Assembly: GCA_963578425.1 (NCBI GenBank)
Contig: CAUZCF010000002.1
Span: 1 to 38,493, forward strand
Length of the DNA stretch: 38,493 bases
Source: Gammaproteobacteria bacterium
Lineage (GTDB): Bacteria > Pseudomonadota > Gammaproteobacteria > Steroidobacterales > UBA11654
Reading direction: 5' to 3'
Under the pieces are notes generated by a model that saw only the letters and a program-made list of their open reading frames with translations, searched no databases and had not been told where the DNA came from. The number at the start of each line of letters is the position of its first letter. Within the stretch, counting starts at the first letter, position 1. Positions 28,705-38,322 of this stretch are shown in pieces. The position numbers and the translations under genes were made by a program.

Positions 28705-30006
28705 ATGTGCATGAGCATAATAAATTGGGATCCATTATCGCCCGAAGAACGGGAATCAACTTTAAATAGACCTATTATTCGCAATGTAGATGATCAAAAA
28801 AATATCGTCATAGATATTTTCAAAAACATTAAAAGAAATGGGGATGATGCACTTCAACAATACACATTGCAATATGACAATATTGAAATCAATAACTTCT
28901 TGATGACTGATGATGAAATTAATAAAGCGGTAAATAGAACTTCAGATGTATTAAAAGATTCAATAAATTATGCAATATCAAATATAAAAAAATTTCATGA
29001 ATACACAATGGGTGCAGACAAAGATCCCATTGATATTAATCCAGGTGTTCAATGTCAAACAATTTACCGACCTATTGATTCTGTTGGATTTTATATACCA
29101 GCAGGCAATAACCCACTCGCTTCCACTGTTACCATGCTCGGTATTCCATCAAAACTGGCTGGGAATAAAGAAAGGATTGTTGTTTCACCTCCCAATGAAG
29201 AGGGCTTGGTCAACGATGTAATTGTCACAGCTGCAGTTTTATGCGGCATTAATAAAATTTATAAAGCTGGTGGAGCTCAAGCGATTGCTGCGATGGCTTA
29301 TGGGACTGAAACTATTCCTAAAGTGAATAAAATCTTTGGGCCTGGGAACAGCTGGGTTAACACTGCTAAACAGCTGATATCAACTTTGAATATACCTGTT
29401 TCTATTGATATGCCAGCAGGGCCAACAGAAGTTTTAATCATTAGTGATGGTGAAACAAACCCGTTATTCGTTGCTTTTGATCTATTGTCACAGGCAGAAC
29501 ATGGAGCTGATTCACAAGTCATTTTAATAAGTGATGACAAAGCATTTCTTAACAAGGTCATAATTGAGATTAAAAACGCATTAAAGAATATTTCGACAAA
29601 AGAAGTTGCAGGTGAATCATTAAAAAACTCAAAGTTTATTTATGTAAAGAATATTAAATGTGCTTTCAATATATCTAATAGTTATTCGCCTGAGCATTTG
29701 ATCATTTCAATGCAATCTGCAGAGCAATGGTTAGATGCGGTTGAGTCTGCAGGATCCATCTTTTTAGGAGAATGGAGCCCAGAGTCAGCTGGTGATTATT
29801 GTACTGGTACTAATCATGTGCTTCCAACTTCAGGTTTTGCAAACTCATATAGTGGGCTTTCTGTAGATAGTTTCAGAAAAGCTATTTCTGTACAGAAACT
29901 CACAAAAGAAGGCTTGGAATTAATGTCAAATGACATCATTAATTTAGCTAGATCCGAAGGCTTAGAAGCGCATGCAAAAGCTGTCGAAGTAAGGGTAGAT
30001 AAATGA
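28705..30006 (+). CDS. hisD: Histidinol dehydrogenase
   Basis: 433 aa. GPGNSWV, AGPTEVLII, SQAEHG and YSPEHLI motifs. The start could alternatively be ATG 28711. Confidence 0.95.
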   Translation: MCMSIINWDPLSPEERESTLNRPIIRNVDDQKNIVIDIFKNIKRNGDDALQQYTLQYDNIEINNFLMTDDEINKAVNRTSDVLKDSINYAISNIKKFHEYTMGADKDPIDINPGVQCQTIYRPIDSVGFYIPAGNNPLASTVTMLGIPSKLAGNKERIVVSPPNEEGLVNDVIVTAAVLCGINKIYKAGGAQAIAAMAYGTETIPKVNKIFGPGNSWVNTAKQLISTLNIPVSIDMPAGPTEVLIISDGETNPLFVAFDLLSQAEHGADSQVILISDDKAFLNKVIIEIKNALKNISTKEVAGESLKNSKFIYVKNIKCAFNISNSYSPEHLIISMQSAEQWLDAVESAGSIFLGEWSPESAGDYCTGTNHVLPTSGFANSYSGLSVDSFRKAISVQKLTKEGLELMSNDIINLARSEGLEAHAKAVEVRVDK

Positions 30007-31061
30007 AAGTTAAAAATTTAGTCAGGCCCGAGGTCTTGGCTCTAAAGCCATATGTACCTGCAAAAAAAGTAAAAAATAAAATTAGATTGAATGCTAACGA
30101 GAGCCCATATACGGTCACAGAATTTGCTGCATCGAATAAACTAAATTTATACCCAGATGCGAGACCTGATGACATCAGAAATAAAATTGCTGATTACTTA
30201 AACATTAATGAAGATCGCTGCGTTGTGACACGTGGAAGCACTGAAGCCATAGATTTTTTAATTCGTACATTTTGTTCTCCTAATGTCGATGAGATCATTA
30301 TTTTTCCTCCAACTTTTGAGATGTATCAGTTTTATGCTGCAATCCAAGGAATTAAGGTAATCCCTGTAAATTTAATGAGTGAGCATCAATACGCTATTGA
30401 TATTGAGTTATTTCAAAAGACCATTTCAAAGAAATCCAAATTAACTTTTATTTGTTCTCCATCAAACCCAATTGGGCATTCATTTGATAAAGAAACAATC
30501 TATTCTATATGCCAAGAAGTTTCTAATTCAGGTTTAGTGGTTTTAGATGGTGCTTATGCAGAATTTAGTGATTTAAGTATCTATCGAGATATTCTTCAAG
30601 ACTTTGACAACGTCGTCATACTTAGGACGCTCTCTAAGGCTTTTGGTTTAGCAGGATCAAGATGTGGCTTGTTAATTGCTAAGCCTGAAATATGTCAATT
30701 TATTACACGAGTGATTCCGCCCTATTCTTTTTCAAAGCCAGCTGAAAAATCTGTTTTAGATGCTCTATCAAATAAGGGCATTAAGCGAGCCCAAAAAAAT
30801 ATAGAAAAAACTATTCAAGAGAGAGAAATACTTAAGGATAACTTATTAAGGTTAGATTCTGTCAGTGAGGTATTCCCTTCTGAAACTAATTTCTTGTTAG
30901 TTAGAGTCAGTAATGCGGTGCAATTTTGTAACACAGCGAGAGACTCAGGTTTCCTTCTTAGAGATATGAGTTATCACCCCACTTTAGAAAATTGTGTTCG
31001 GATTACTGTTGGTAACAGGGATCAAAATGAAAAATTAATCGAGGGATTGCGGCATGGTTGA
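30003..31061 (+). CDS. hisC: Histidinol-phosphate aminotransferase
   Basis: 352 aa. LNANESPY and the PLP-Lys context RTLSKAFGLAGSRCG. ATGA overlap with hisD. Confidence 0.95.
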   Translation: MKVKNLVRPEVLALKPYVPAKKVKNKIRLNANESPYTVTEFAASNKLNLYPDARPDDIRNKIADYLNINEDRCVVTRGSTEAIDFLIRTFCSPNVDEIIIFPPTFEMYQFYAAIQGIKVIPVNLMSEHQYAIDIELFQKTISKKSKLTFICSPSNPIGHSFDKETIYSICQEVSNSGLVVLDGAYAEFSDLSIYRDILQDFDNVVILRTLSKAFGLAGSRCGLLIAKPEICQFITRVIPPYSFSKPAEKSVLDALSNKGIKRAQKNIEKTIQEREILKDNLLRLDSVSEVFPSETNFLLVRVSNAVQFCNTARDSGFLLRDMSYHPTLENCVRITVGNRDQNEKLIEGLRHG

Positions 31062-32133
31062 TCAGGCATTAAAAGTAATTTTCTTAGATCGTGATGGAAC
31101 AATAATTTATGAGCCAGAAGATTATCAGGTTGATAATTTATCTAAAATAAAACTTGTGCCTAATGTGATATCTTCATTAAAGAAACTTAATAATTATGGT
31201 TACCAATTTGTCATGGTATCTAATCAAGATGGTCTTGGCACTGATTCGTTTCCTCAAGAATCTTTTGATAAATGCCAATCATTCATACTTGATTTGTTCT
31301 CTACTCAAGGAATAGATTTTAGAAAAATTCTGATTTGTCCTCATTTTGATGAAGATCAATGTGACTGCAGAAAGCCTAAAACTGGTCTTCTTACTGAGTT
31401 CTTGACCCATGAGAATATTGATACAGCCAGATCTTATGTTATTGGTGATCGGGACACAGATATGTTGCTTGCAGAAAGGATGGCTATTCAAGGAATCATG
31501 ATAGATCCTTATGAAGATGATGTCTGGGATAAGATTGCAAATCAAATTCTTAACGTTGATCGACAGGCTGAGGTTTTAAGAAAATCAAATGAAACTGAAA
31601 TTCTTACACGTGTCAACTTATCGGCATCATCACCAATAAATATCAACACAGGAATTGGTTTTTTTGATCATATGCTCGAACAACTTGCTAAACATTCTGG
31701 TATATCCATAGAGATTGACTGCAAGGGGGATTTACATATCGATGAACATCATACTGTTGAGGATGTTTCGATCACACTAGGTGATGCCTTATATAAAGCA
31801 CTTAGCAATAAAGTTGGAATCGGTCGATATGGTTTCACACTTCCAATGGATGATGCTCTTGCTCAAGTTGCTATTGACTTATCAGGACGACCGTATTTTA
31901 AATTCGAAGGAGAATTTAATAGGGAAAAGATTGGAGATCTACCAACAGAACTCATTACTCATTTTTTTCATACCCTTAGCCAAAATATGAAAGCTAATAT
32001 TCATATATCAATCAAAGGTGAAGATGATCATCACAAGGCTGAAGCTTGCTTTAAAGCTCTTGGAAGAGCTTTATTACAAGCTATTAAGCAAACTGACAGT
32101 GGAGACCTGCCTACCACAAAGGGTTTGTTATAG
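31054..32133 (+). CDS. hisB: Bifunctional histidinol-phosphatase / imidazoleglycerol-phosphate dehydratase
   Basis: 359 aa. N-terminal HAD domain FLDRDGTII...C.CRKP, and a C-terminal IGPD domain (GIGFFDHMLEQLAKHSG, DEHHTVEDVSI). 8-nt overlap with hisC. Confidence 0.95.
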   Translation: MVDQALKVIFLDRDGTIIYEPEDYQVDNLSKIKLVPNVISSLKKLNNYGYQFVMVSNQDGLGTDSFPQESFDKCQSFILDLFSTQGIDFRKILICPHFDEDQCDCRKPKTGLLTEFLTHENIDTARSYVIGDRDTDMLLAERMAIQGIMIDPYEDDVWDKIANQILNVDRQAEVLRKSNETEILTRVNLSASSPININTGIGFFDHMLEQLAKHSGISIEIDCKGDLHIDEHHTVEDVSITLGDALYKALSNKVGIGRYGFTLPMDDALAQVAIDLSGRPYFKFEGEFNREKIGDLPTELITHFFHTLSQNMKANIHISIKGEDDHHKAEACFKALGRALLQAIKQTDSGDLPTTKGLL

Positions 32134-32135
32134 TA

Positions 32136-32732
32136 GTGAAAAAGCAAGTTGCTATCATTGATTCTATTGGATCCAACCTTGCATCTTTAAAATTTGCATT
32201 AGATCGTATTAAGATAAACTTCATTGTCACCAATGAGGTTAAGCAAATAAGGAATTCCTCACATATTATTCTACCTGGGGTTGGCGCAGCAAAAAATGCC
32301 ATGAATAAGTTATCCCAACAAGAAATTATTGAGACAATCACTACTCTCTCACAACCAACATTAGGAATTTGTCTGGGGATGCAAATTTTTATGGAACACT
32401 CTGAGGAGGACGATACTAGTTGTCTCGGTGTTTTTAATGACGGTTGTAAATTATTTAAGACCCAAGAGGACTATCCTGTTCCTCATATGGGTTGGAATAC
32501 AATTGAACTAGAATCTTCATCTGATCTATCCACAGGTATTAATAGCGGGACACATTTCTACTTTGTGCATAGTTACTATGTTCCTTTAAATAGTCAAACC
32601 ATAGCATCAACAACTTACTCTAAAAAATTCTCTTCAATAATACAAAAAGATAATTTTGTTGGTACACAGTTCCATCCAGAGAAATCAGGTGAACAAGGAT
32701 CTATTATTTTAAAGAACTTTACTGACCTATAA
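32136..32732 (+). CDS. hisH: Imidazole glycerol phosphate synthase, glutamine amidotransferase subunit
   Basis: 198 aa. GTG start. Nucleophile-elbow GICLGMQ and the C-terminal QFHPEKSG motif. Confidence 0.94.
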   Translation: MKKQVAIIDSIGSNLASLKFALDRIKINFIVTNEVKQIRNSSHIILPGVGAAKNAMNKLSQQEIIETITTLSQPTLGICLGMQIFMEHSEEDDTSCLGVFNDGCKLFKTQEDYPVPHMGWNTIELESSSDLSTGINSGTHFYFVHSYYVPLNSQTIASTTYSKKFSSIIQKDNFVGTQFHPEKSGEQGSIILKNFTDL

Positions 32733-32737
32733 ATATT

Positions 32738-33475
32738 ATGAAATTAATTCCTGCAATTGACCTTCTGAATCAAAAATGTGTACGACTTTATCAAGGCAAT
32801 TTTGATGAAGTGACCTATTATGATTTAGATCCAATTGAACTTGCAAAACATTATCAAAAATTAGGTTTCAACAACCTTCACCTCGTGGATTTGAATGGGT
32901 CAAGAGATGGTGTTAATACTAACACCCACATAATAGATAATCTTTTAAACTGCACTGATTTAAAAATTCAAATGGGTGGGGGAATCAGAAGCCCAGAGGG
33001 TATAAGGAAATGGTTAAAATCTGATCTGGAACAGCTTGTCATAGGGAGTTTTGCCATAAAAGATTTTGGCGTATTTGCTGAATGTTTGGATGATGATGAA
33101 AAATCAAGAGTCATCATTGCTTTAGATGTCACTATTATTAATAACTTGCCGATGGTGATGATAGAAGGATGGCAAAAACAGACCAACCTAGATTTATGGT
33201 CGATGATAAATAAATTTAATGATAATAGGTTTTTTAACTTTCTAATAACTGACATCAGTAAAGATGGCACATTACAAGGACCTAATTTACTTCTTTATGA
33301 GCAGTGTAAGAAACATTCCATAGATTCTAAAATTATTTGTTCAGGCGGAATAAGTAGTTTAAATGATCTTCAAAAACTAAGAGATCTATCAATGTATGCT
33401 GCTGTGGCAGGAAAATCACTTATAGAACAAAAAATTACAGATAAGGAGATAATAAAATTCTTACAAGAAGAATAA
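32738..33475 (+). CDS. hisA: ProFAR isomerase (1-(5-phosphoribosyl)-5-[(5-phosphoribosylamino)methylideneamino]imidazole-4-carboxamide isomerase)
   Basis: 245 aa. [21 protein letters not shown]-terminus and the GGGIRS motif. Confidence 0.94.
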   Translation: MKLIPAIDLLNQKCVRLYQGNFDEVTYYDLDPIELAKHYQKLGFNNLHLVDLNGSRDGVNTNTHIIDNLLNCTDLKIQMGGGIRSPEGIRKWLKSDLEQLVIGSFAIKDFGVFAECLDDDEKSRVIIALDVTIINNLPMVMIEGWQKQTNLDLWSMINKFNDNRFFNFLITDISKDGTLQGPNLLLYEQCKKHSIDSKIICSGGISSLNDLQKLRDLSMYAAVAGKSLIEQKITDKEIIKFLQEE

Positions 33476-34224
33476 TACCTTGTCTGGATGTTAAAGATGG
33501 CATGGTGGTCAAAGGAGTAAAATTCAGAAATCATCAGGTTGTTGGAGACATCATTGATTTAGCCAGTAAATATAGCCGTCAGGGGGCAGATGAAATCGTC
33601 TTCTATGATATAACTGCTAGTCCTGAAGGCAGACGAGTTGATCGTTCATGGGTCTACGAAGTTGCAAAACAGATTAATATACCCTTTTGTGTTGCTGGAG
33701 GCATTAAATCAATAGTGGATGCAGAAGAAATACTTAACTTTGGTGCTGATAAGATTTCAATAAATACACCTGCAATCAATAATCCTAGATTGATCAATAC
33801 TCTCGCTGATAAATTTGGCAGTCAATGCGTAGTCGTTGGTATAGATAGTTTCCAAATAAATGGCCAATATAATGTTTATAGCTATACAGGAGATCCTGAT
33901 AAAACAAAACATACCGGCAGACCCACAGCCGAATGGTTGAAGGAGGTTCAAGATAGAGGTGCTGGTGAAATTGTCCTAAATTGCATGAATCAGGATGGCG
34001 TTAGGAAAGGTTATGATATTTTACAACTTTCAAAGATGAAGAAACTTTCAAATGTGCCAATCATTGCATCAGGTGGAGCAGGAACAAAAAATCATTTTGT
34101 TGATGTTTTTTTAAAAAGTGATGTTAGTGGCGCATTAGCCGCTTCAGTGTTCCATAAAAATCTCATCAAAATAACTGATTTAAAAACACACCTTAAAAAT
34201 AATAATATAGAGGTAAGACTATGA
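33457..34224 (+). CDS. hisF: Imidazole glycerol phosphate synthase, cyclase subunit (probable ATT start)
   Basis: The track ORF (33502-34224) begins 9 codons downstream of the conserved [12 protein letters not shown] segment, which is encoded in-frame at 33466-33501. There is an in-frame stop at 33442-33444. The only plausible start is ATT at 33457 (giving [12 protein letters not shown], collinear with the E. coli/T. maritima MLAKRII.CLDV), preceded by AAGGAG (33443-33448) at an 8-nt spacing. Confidence 0.8.
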   Translation: MLTRRIIPCLDVKDGMVVKGVKFRNHQVVGDIIDLASKYSRQGADEIVFYDITASPEGRRVDRSWVYEVAKQINIPFCVAGGIKSIVDAEEILNFGADKISINTPAINNPRLINTLADKFGSQCVVVGIDSFQINGQYNVYSYTGDPDKTKHTGRPTAEWLKEVQDRGAGEIVLNCMNQDGVRKGYDILQLSKMKKLSNVPIIASGGAGTKNHFVDVFLKSDVSGALAASVFHKNLIKITDLKTHLKNNNIEVRL

Positions 34225-34526
34225 ATAATATTTCAGATCATTTTATTTTCCAACTAGAAGAAATCATTCAGGAAAGAATCGATAACCCAATTAAAGGAAG
34301 TTATACCAATAGCCTTTTAGATGGTGGCCGAAACTTAATTGCTAAAAAGTTAATTGAAGAAAGCGGTGAACTCGCAATTGCTTACTTAGATGATAATCCT
34401 TCAAGTAGTGATATTATCTGGGAAGCATCTGATCTCATTTATCACATGTTGGTGTTACTTAAGTCTTCTGATTTAGGATTAAATGAAATTTCAAGTGAAT
34501 TGGAAAATAGGCATAAAGATAAATAA
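34221..34526 (+). CDS. hisE: Phosphoribosyl-ATP pyrophosphohydrolase (monofunctional HisE)
   Basis: 101 aa all-alpha MazG-like protein. SYTNSLL..G...[15 protein letters not shown]....[17 protein letters not shown] overlap with hisF. No HisI cyclohydrolase domain is attached. Confidence 0.9.
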   Translation: MNNISDHFIFQLEEIIQERIDNPIKGSYTNSLLDGGRNLIAKKLIEESGELAIAYLDDNPSSSDIIWEASDLIYHMLVLLKSSDLGLNEISSELENRHKDK

Positions 34527-34615
34527 TGCAGCTTTCTGACCCTCAACTGAATGAAAACTTTCCTCTTAATAATGAAAAATGAAAGAGGCTAAAACAAAGA
34601 TTGCTCATTTAAGAT

Positions 34616-36031
34616 CTAGATTTTGATCAGTTTATTGGGGTTCATTATATTTTTTGGATCTAGAGATTTTTTAATAGTTTGCATTAGTTGAATTTTTATA
34701 GGATCAGAAAAATGAACCAAATCATCCATCAGTTTTGATCCGATTCCGTGTTCAGCACTAAAAGAACCGCCCAAGGTTTCAGCAGTACCATGTACTTTAC
34801 GATTAATTTCATGGGTTTTATCTAGAAAATCACTTGCAGATATAGTCCCAGGTTGTTTTTTAGTTAAATGAAGATTTCCATCTCCCAAATGACCAAAGGT
34901 ATACACAACTGATGAGCCCACTATTTTTTCCATAGCCGGTTTAACGATTTTAAGGAATTCAGGAATCCGCTTAATGGGTATTGAAATATCATGATGAATA
35001 CCATTGCCGGATAATTTCTCAGCCTCTGAGATACTGTGTCTAACTAACCATATTTCATTCTTTTCTTTTTCAGAATTAGCAATTAATCCATCAATAATTT
35101 GACCTGATTCCATATGATTTTCAAGGAAATTAATAATATCTTGTTCTTTCTGGTTAATGATTTCAAAAATAATCTGCCATGAGTGGGTAGATCCAAGAGG
35201 TAATTTCATATGATTCAAATATTTTTCTATTGCTTGTATGCATGTGTCACTCATGAATTCAAAGGCTGTGACGTTGTCTCCGAAAGTTATTTTCGTGTTT
35301 CGTAAAAGATCAATCGCATCATTAACAGATTTAACGGCAACCATGCATGTCACTGTATTTTTTGGTTTAGATGCCAATTTGAGACTCACTTTTGTGATTA
35401 CCCCCAATGTTCCTTCAGCACCAATAAAGAGTTGTTTTAAATCATAGCCAGTATTATCTTTTTTTAATGATTTTAGATCTGAAAAAATAGAGCCATCAGG
35501 AAGCACAACTTCAATCCCCATAATTTGATCCCTCGTCATGCCATATTTCAGAACATTAACGCCTCCAGCATTGGTTGAAGCATTGCCCCCAATTTGGCAT
35601 GATCCTTCAGCACTAAGACTCAAAGGAAAAAATAGATCATTGTCATCTGCGATTTCTTGGATATTCTGAAGAATACAACCTGATTCTACAATGATTGATT
35701 GATTGTATGGATCAATACTCAAAAATTTATTTAATTTTGAAGTATTTAAAACAATTTCTATTTGATGTTCGCTTGATTGAGGAACATTTGCTCCACATAA
35801 GCTCGTGTTTCCACCCTGACTTACAATTTTGATATCGTTAAGAAAACAAAGTGAAACAATTTTTTGAACTTCATCTAAAGCTTTTGGAAAGAGCATTAGA
35901 GGGGTGGAACCTCTGATTTGCCCTCTCCAGTCTTCAAGATAATCTTTTATCTTTGATTGATCAGAGATGCAATTATTGGTACCAACTATTAATTCAAATT
36001 CCTTTAAAATGTGGTTTAAATTTAGAGGCAT
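34616..36031 (-). CDS. FAD-linked oxidase (GlcD / D-2-hydroxyacid dehydrogenase family)
   Basis: 471 aa. N-terminal FAD-binding PCMH-type domain (VSQGGNTSLCGANVP), C-terminal FAD-oxidase domain (HLGDGNLH, SAEHGIG). Confidence 0.88.
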   Translation of the reverse strand: MPLNLNHILKEFELIVGTNNCISDQSKIKDYLEDWRGQIRGSTPLMLFPKALDEVQKIVSLCFLNDIKIVSQGGNTSLCGANVPQSSEHQIEIVLNTSKLNKFLSIDPYNQSIIVESGCILQNIQEIADDNDLFFPLSLSAEGSCQIGGNASTNAGGVNVLKYGMTRDQIMGIEVVLPDGSIFSDLKSLKKDNTGYDLKQLFIGAEGTLGVITKVSLKLASKPKNTVTCMVAVKSVNDAIDLLRNTKITFGDNVTAFEFMSDTCIQAIEKYLNHMKLPLGSTHSWQIIFEIINQKEQDIINFLENHMESGQIIDGLIANSEKEKNEIWLVRHSISEAEKLSGNGIHHDISIPIKRIPEFLKIVKPAMEKIVGSSVVYTFGHLGDGNLHLTKKQPGTISASDFLDKTHEINRKVHGTAETLGGSFSAEHGIGSKLMDDLVHFSDPIKIQLMQTIKKSLDPKNIMNPNKLIKI

Positions 36032-36046
36032 CTTTATGCGTGTATG

Positions 36047-37072
36047 CTATACATGCATCTTTTTCATTAATGACCATAACGAAATAAAAAGTGCTGCGAT
36101 AATTGGCCCTAAAACGAACCCAGATATTCCAAATAAACTGATTCCTCCAATGGTGGTTAGTAATACTAGATAATCAGGTAATTTAGTTTCTTTACTAATT
36201 AAATAAGGCCTAAGTAAGTTATCAACAATACCAATTATAAAGAAACCTGAGAATATTAAGATTGAAGCATTGAGCCATAATCCCTTATAGAAGAGCACTA
36301 GAGCAATAGGTAACCATACAATAGCGGTTCCAATACCAGGTAAAATACTAAAAAGAGCCATAATAAAGCCCCACAATGCTGCGCCTTGAACATTTAACAG
36401 AGTTAAGATTATAAACCCAAGAAAACCTTGTGATAATGCGACTAAAAAAGTACCTTTAATGGTTGCTTTTGTAACATGGTTAAATTGATCTAAAAGAAAT
36501 TTTTCATGCTTATCCTCCAATGGGAAGGCTTCTATGCAGGCATCTAAAATAGTTTTACCATCTCTCAAAAAAAAGAATAGTAGGTAAACCATTACCAACA
36601 ATGAGATAACAAAATTGACAATATTCTCACCAGCTCTTATTACGGCAGAGTAGGAAAATTGAGCAACACTATAGGCAAAATCATTTAATTGCTTACCAAT
36701 CGTTTCAATGTTTATGCCTAATTTATCTATTGTTTGCTCAAGAATCGGTACTATACTTATGGCTGATTTCGTGAAGGACTGAATATCATATTGACCTGAC
36801 TCTATATTTGAAAGTATTTGATAAATTTCATTTGTGATTGCAGCAAGAATAAAAAAACTAGGTAAGATAACTATGAATAATATACCAATTAAAGTTAAGC
36901 AACTTGAGAGCGATGGTCTATTTATATATCGGTTGATGACATTGTGCATAGGGGAGAAAAGTATTGAAAAAATGATTGCCCAGAAAATAGGAATGAAATA
37001 GTCAAACAACAGTGTTGAGAATAATATGGTGATTATACCCAGAAGGATTAGATATGCATTTTCACTTTTCAT
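36047..37072 (-). CDS. AI-2E family transporter (PerM/YhhT-like permease)
   Basis: 341-aa polytopic membrane protein with the conserved IGIVDNLLRPYLISK segment of UPF0118/AI-2E transporters. Confidence 0.85.
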   Translation of the reverse strand: MKSENAYLILLGIITILFSTLLFDYFIPIFWAIIFSILFSPMHNVINRYINRPSLSSCLTLIGILFIVILPSFFILAAITNEIYQILSNIESGQYDIQSFTKSAISIVPILEQTIDKLGINIETIGKQLNDFAYSVAQFSYSAVIRAGENIVNFVISLLVMVYLLFFFLRDGKTILDACIEAFPLEDKHEKFLLDQFNHVTKATIKGTFLVALSQGFLGFIILTLLNVQGAALWGFIMALFSILPGIGTAIVWLPIALVLFYKGLWLNASILIFSGFFIIGIVDNLLRPYLISKETKLPDYLVLLTTIGGISLFGISGFVLGPIIAALFISLWSLMKKMHV

Positions 37073-37143
37073 TTGTATTTTTATTTTAAAAATTCTTAAA
37101 TAATTATAATGTTAATGGAAAAAGAATAGACAGTATTTATATT

Positions 37144-37602
37144 TTGAACAATATTGTAGACAATGTAATTAGAGAATTAGAATTCAAAGCAGGTCTAACC
37201 TTAGCTAGTTTTGGTTTGCAAGCAGAACTTAAAGCTATCCAAAATTACCTTAATAAAGAATCAATTGATGAAGACTTAAAAGAAGCATGTCATATTATTT
37301 TTAGAACACATTTTCTTCGTGAGGCCTTAAGACGAGATGATGCTGAAGATGCTTGTTATAACCTTATAATGTTATGGGACCACTGTTCTACAGCTAGGGA
37401 TCAAAATTATAGTGATATTTTAGTTGACTCTATAGAGAAACTTCTGAAAGTTACTAATAAAAGAACTAAAACAGTTAAGAATAGACATTTAAGAGTCTTG
37501 GAGCTAAATAAAATGAATTGGTCTATAGATTCTATAGCTGCAGATACAGGTTATTCTAGGCGACAAATATCTAGAGTAATTAACGGGCATACAAAGAACT
37601 AA
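37144..37602 (+). CDS. Hypothetical protein with C-terminal helix-turn-helix
   Basis: 152-aa ORF with an apparent TTG start and no clear SD. The C-terminal IDSIAADTGYSRRQISRVING resembles a resolvase/Hin- or sigma-region-4-type HTH. I could not recognise the N-terminal ~110 aa. Confidence 0.45.
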   Translation: MNNIVDNVIRELEFKAGLTLASFGLQAELKAIQNYLNKESIDEDLKEACHIIFRTHFLREALRRDDAEDACYNLIMLWDHCSTARDQNYSDILVDSIEKLLKVTNKRTKTVKNRHLRVLELNKMNWSIDSIAADTGYSRRQISRVINGHTKN

Positions 37603-37610
37603 AGAAAATA

Positions 37611-37684
37611 TCGGGACGAGAGGATTTGAACCTCTGACCCCCTGAACCCCATTCAGGTGCGCTACCAGGCTGCGCCACGCCCCG
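37611..37684 (-). tRNA. tRNA-Pro (anticodon GGG), CCA not encoded
   Basis: The reverse complement folds as a cloverleaf: CGGGGCG-TG-GCGC-AGCCTGGTA-GCGC-A-CCTGA-AUGGGGU-TCAGG-GGGTC-AGAGG-TTCAAAT-CCTCT-CGTCCCG-A. U33, anticodon GGG and G37 are present. It closely resembles E. coli tRNA-Pro genes. It is followed by TATTTT, not CCA. Confidence 0.93.
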
Positions 37685-37694
37685 TAAAAAAATA

Positions 37695-38036
37695 TTAATC
37701 TAAGATATCAATGATTGCTTCGAGATCAGATCTAACATCACTTAATGTTGATTGTTTAGAAACTTTTTCAGATTCTTCATGTGTTAGTTTCTGTTTTGCT
37801 CCTTTAATAGTGTATCCACTAGCGTAGAGTAATTCTTTAATTTGTCTTATAAGGAGGACGTCATGTCTTTGATAGTATCTTCGGTTTCCTCGTCTTTTTA
37901 TGGGTTTTAGCTGTGTAAATTCCTGTTCCCAATATCTCAATACATGAGCTTCTACTTGACATAAATCGCTAGCTTCACTAATAGTAAAATACCTTTTTGT
38001 CGGTATTGAAGGAAGTTGAGGGTTATTCTGAATCAT
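37695..38036 (-). CDS. MerR family transcriptional regulator
   Basis: 113 aa. [25 protein letters not shown]...RRYY MerR-type wHTH. Overlaps the ihfA 3' end by 14 nt. The ihfA-merR pairing is a common gammaproteobacterial arrangement. Confidence 0.88.
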   Translation of the reverse strand: MIQNNPQLPSIPTKRYFTISEASDLCQVEAHVLRYWEQEFTQLKPIKRRGNRRYYQRHDVLLIRQIKELLYASGYTIKGAKQKLTHEESEKVSKQSTLSDVRSDLEAIIDILD

Positions 38037-38322
38037 TTGATAAGGTCTTGACTGCTTCTTTTAATTTCTGACCGGATTTAAATGTAACAACTTTCCGTGC
38101 TGTGATTTCAACATCTTCACCAGTTCTTGGATTCCTACCGGGCCTAGGTGATTTATTTTTTAGTTGGAAATTACCAAAACCTGAAAGCTTAACTTCTTCA
38201 CCTTTTTCTAATTTATTTTTTATATTATCAAATAGAGAGTCTACTAATTCTTTAGCCTCTCTTTTATTAAGACCAATTTCATTGTTTAAGTCTTCAACGA
38301 TGTCTGATTTTGTTAAGGTCAT
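38023..38322 (-). CDS. ihfA: Integration host factor subunit alpha
   Basis: 99 aa. [43 protein letters not shown] is near-identical in pattern to E. coli IhfA. Confidence 0.96.
   Translation of the reverse strand: MTLTKSDIVEDLNNEIGLNKREAKELVDSLFDNIKNKLEKGEEVKLSGFGNFQLKNKSPRPGRNPRTGEDVEITARKVVTFKSGQKLKEAVKTLSNDSE

Noticed and set aside
34526-34582. 18-codon ORF ([18 protein letters not shown]) whose ATG overlaps the hisE stop (TAATG), at the very end of the his operon.
   Set aside because: It has no recognisable features, is very short, and lies in the AT-rich convergent spacer. A TAATG overlap arises easily by chance. I have no conservation data, so I do not call it as a gene.
34562-34588. 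Possible terminator hairpin CCTCTT / AAGAGG between hisE and the convergent FAD oxidase.
   Set aside because: It has only a 6-bp stem with a 15-nt loop and no adjacent T-tract on either strand. That is too weak to call an intrinsic terminator.
34527-37684. Genomic island integrated at tRNA-Pro.
   Set aside because: There is no integrase, recombinase or phage ORF. I saw no direct repeat of the tRNA 3' end by eye. The flanking genes (AI-2E permease, FAD oxidase) look like ordinary chromosomal genes with the same AT-rich composition. I retained this only as a low-confidence note on the orphan HTH ORF.
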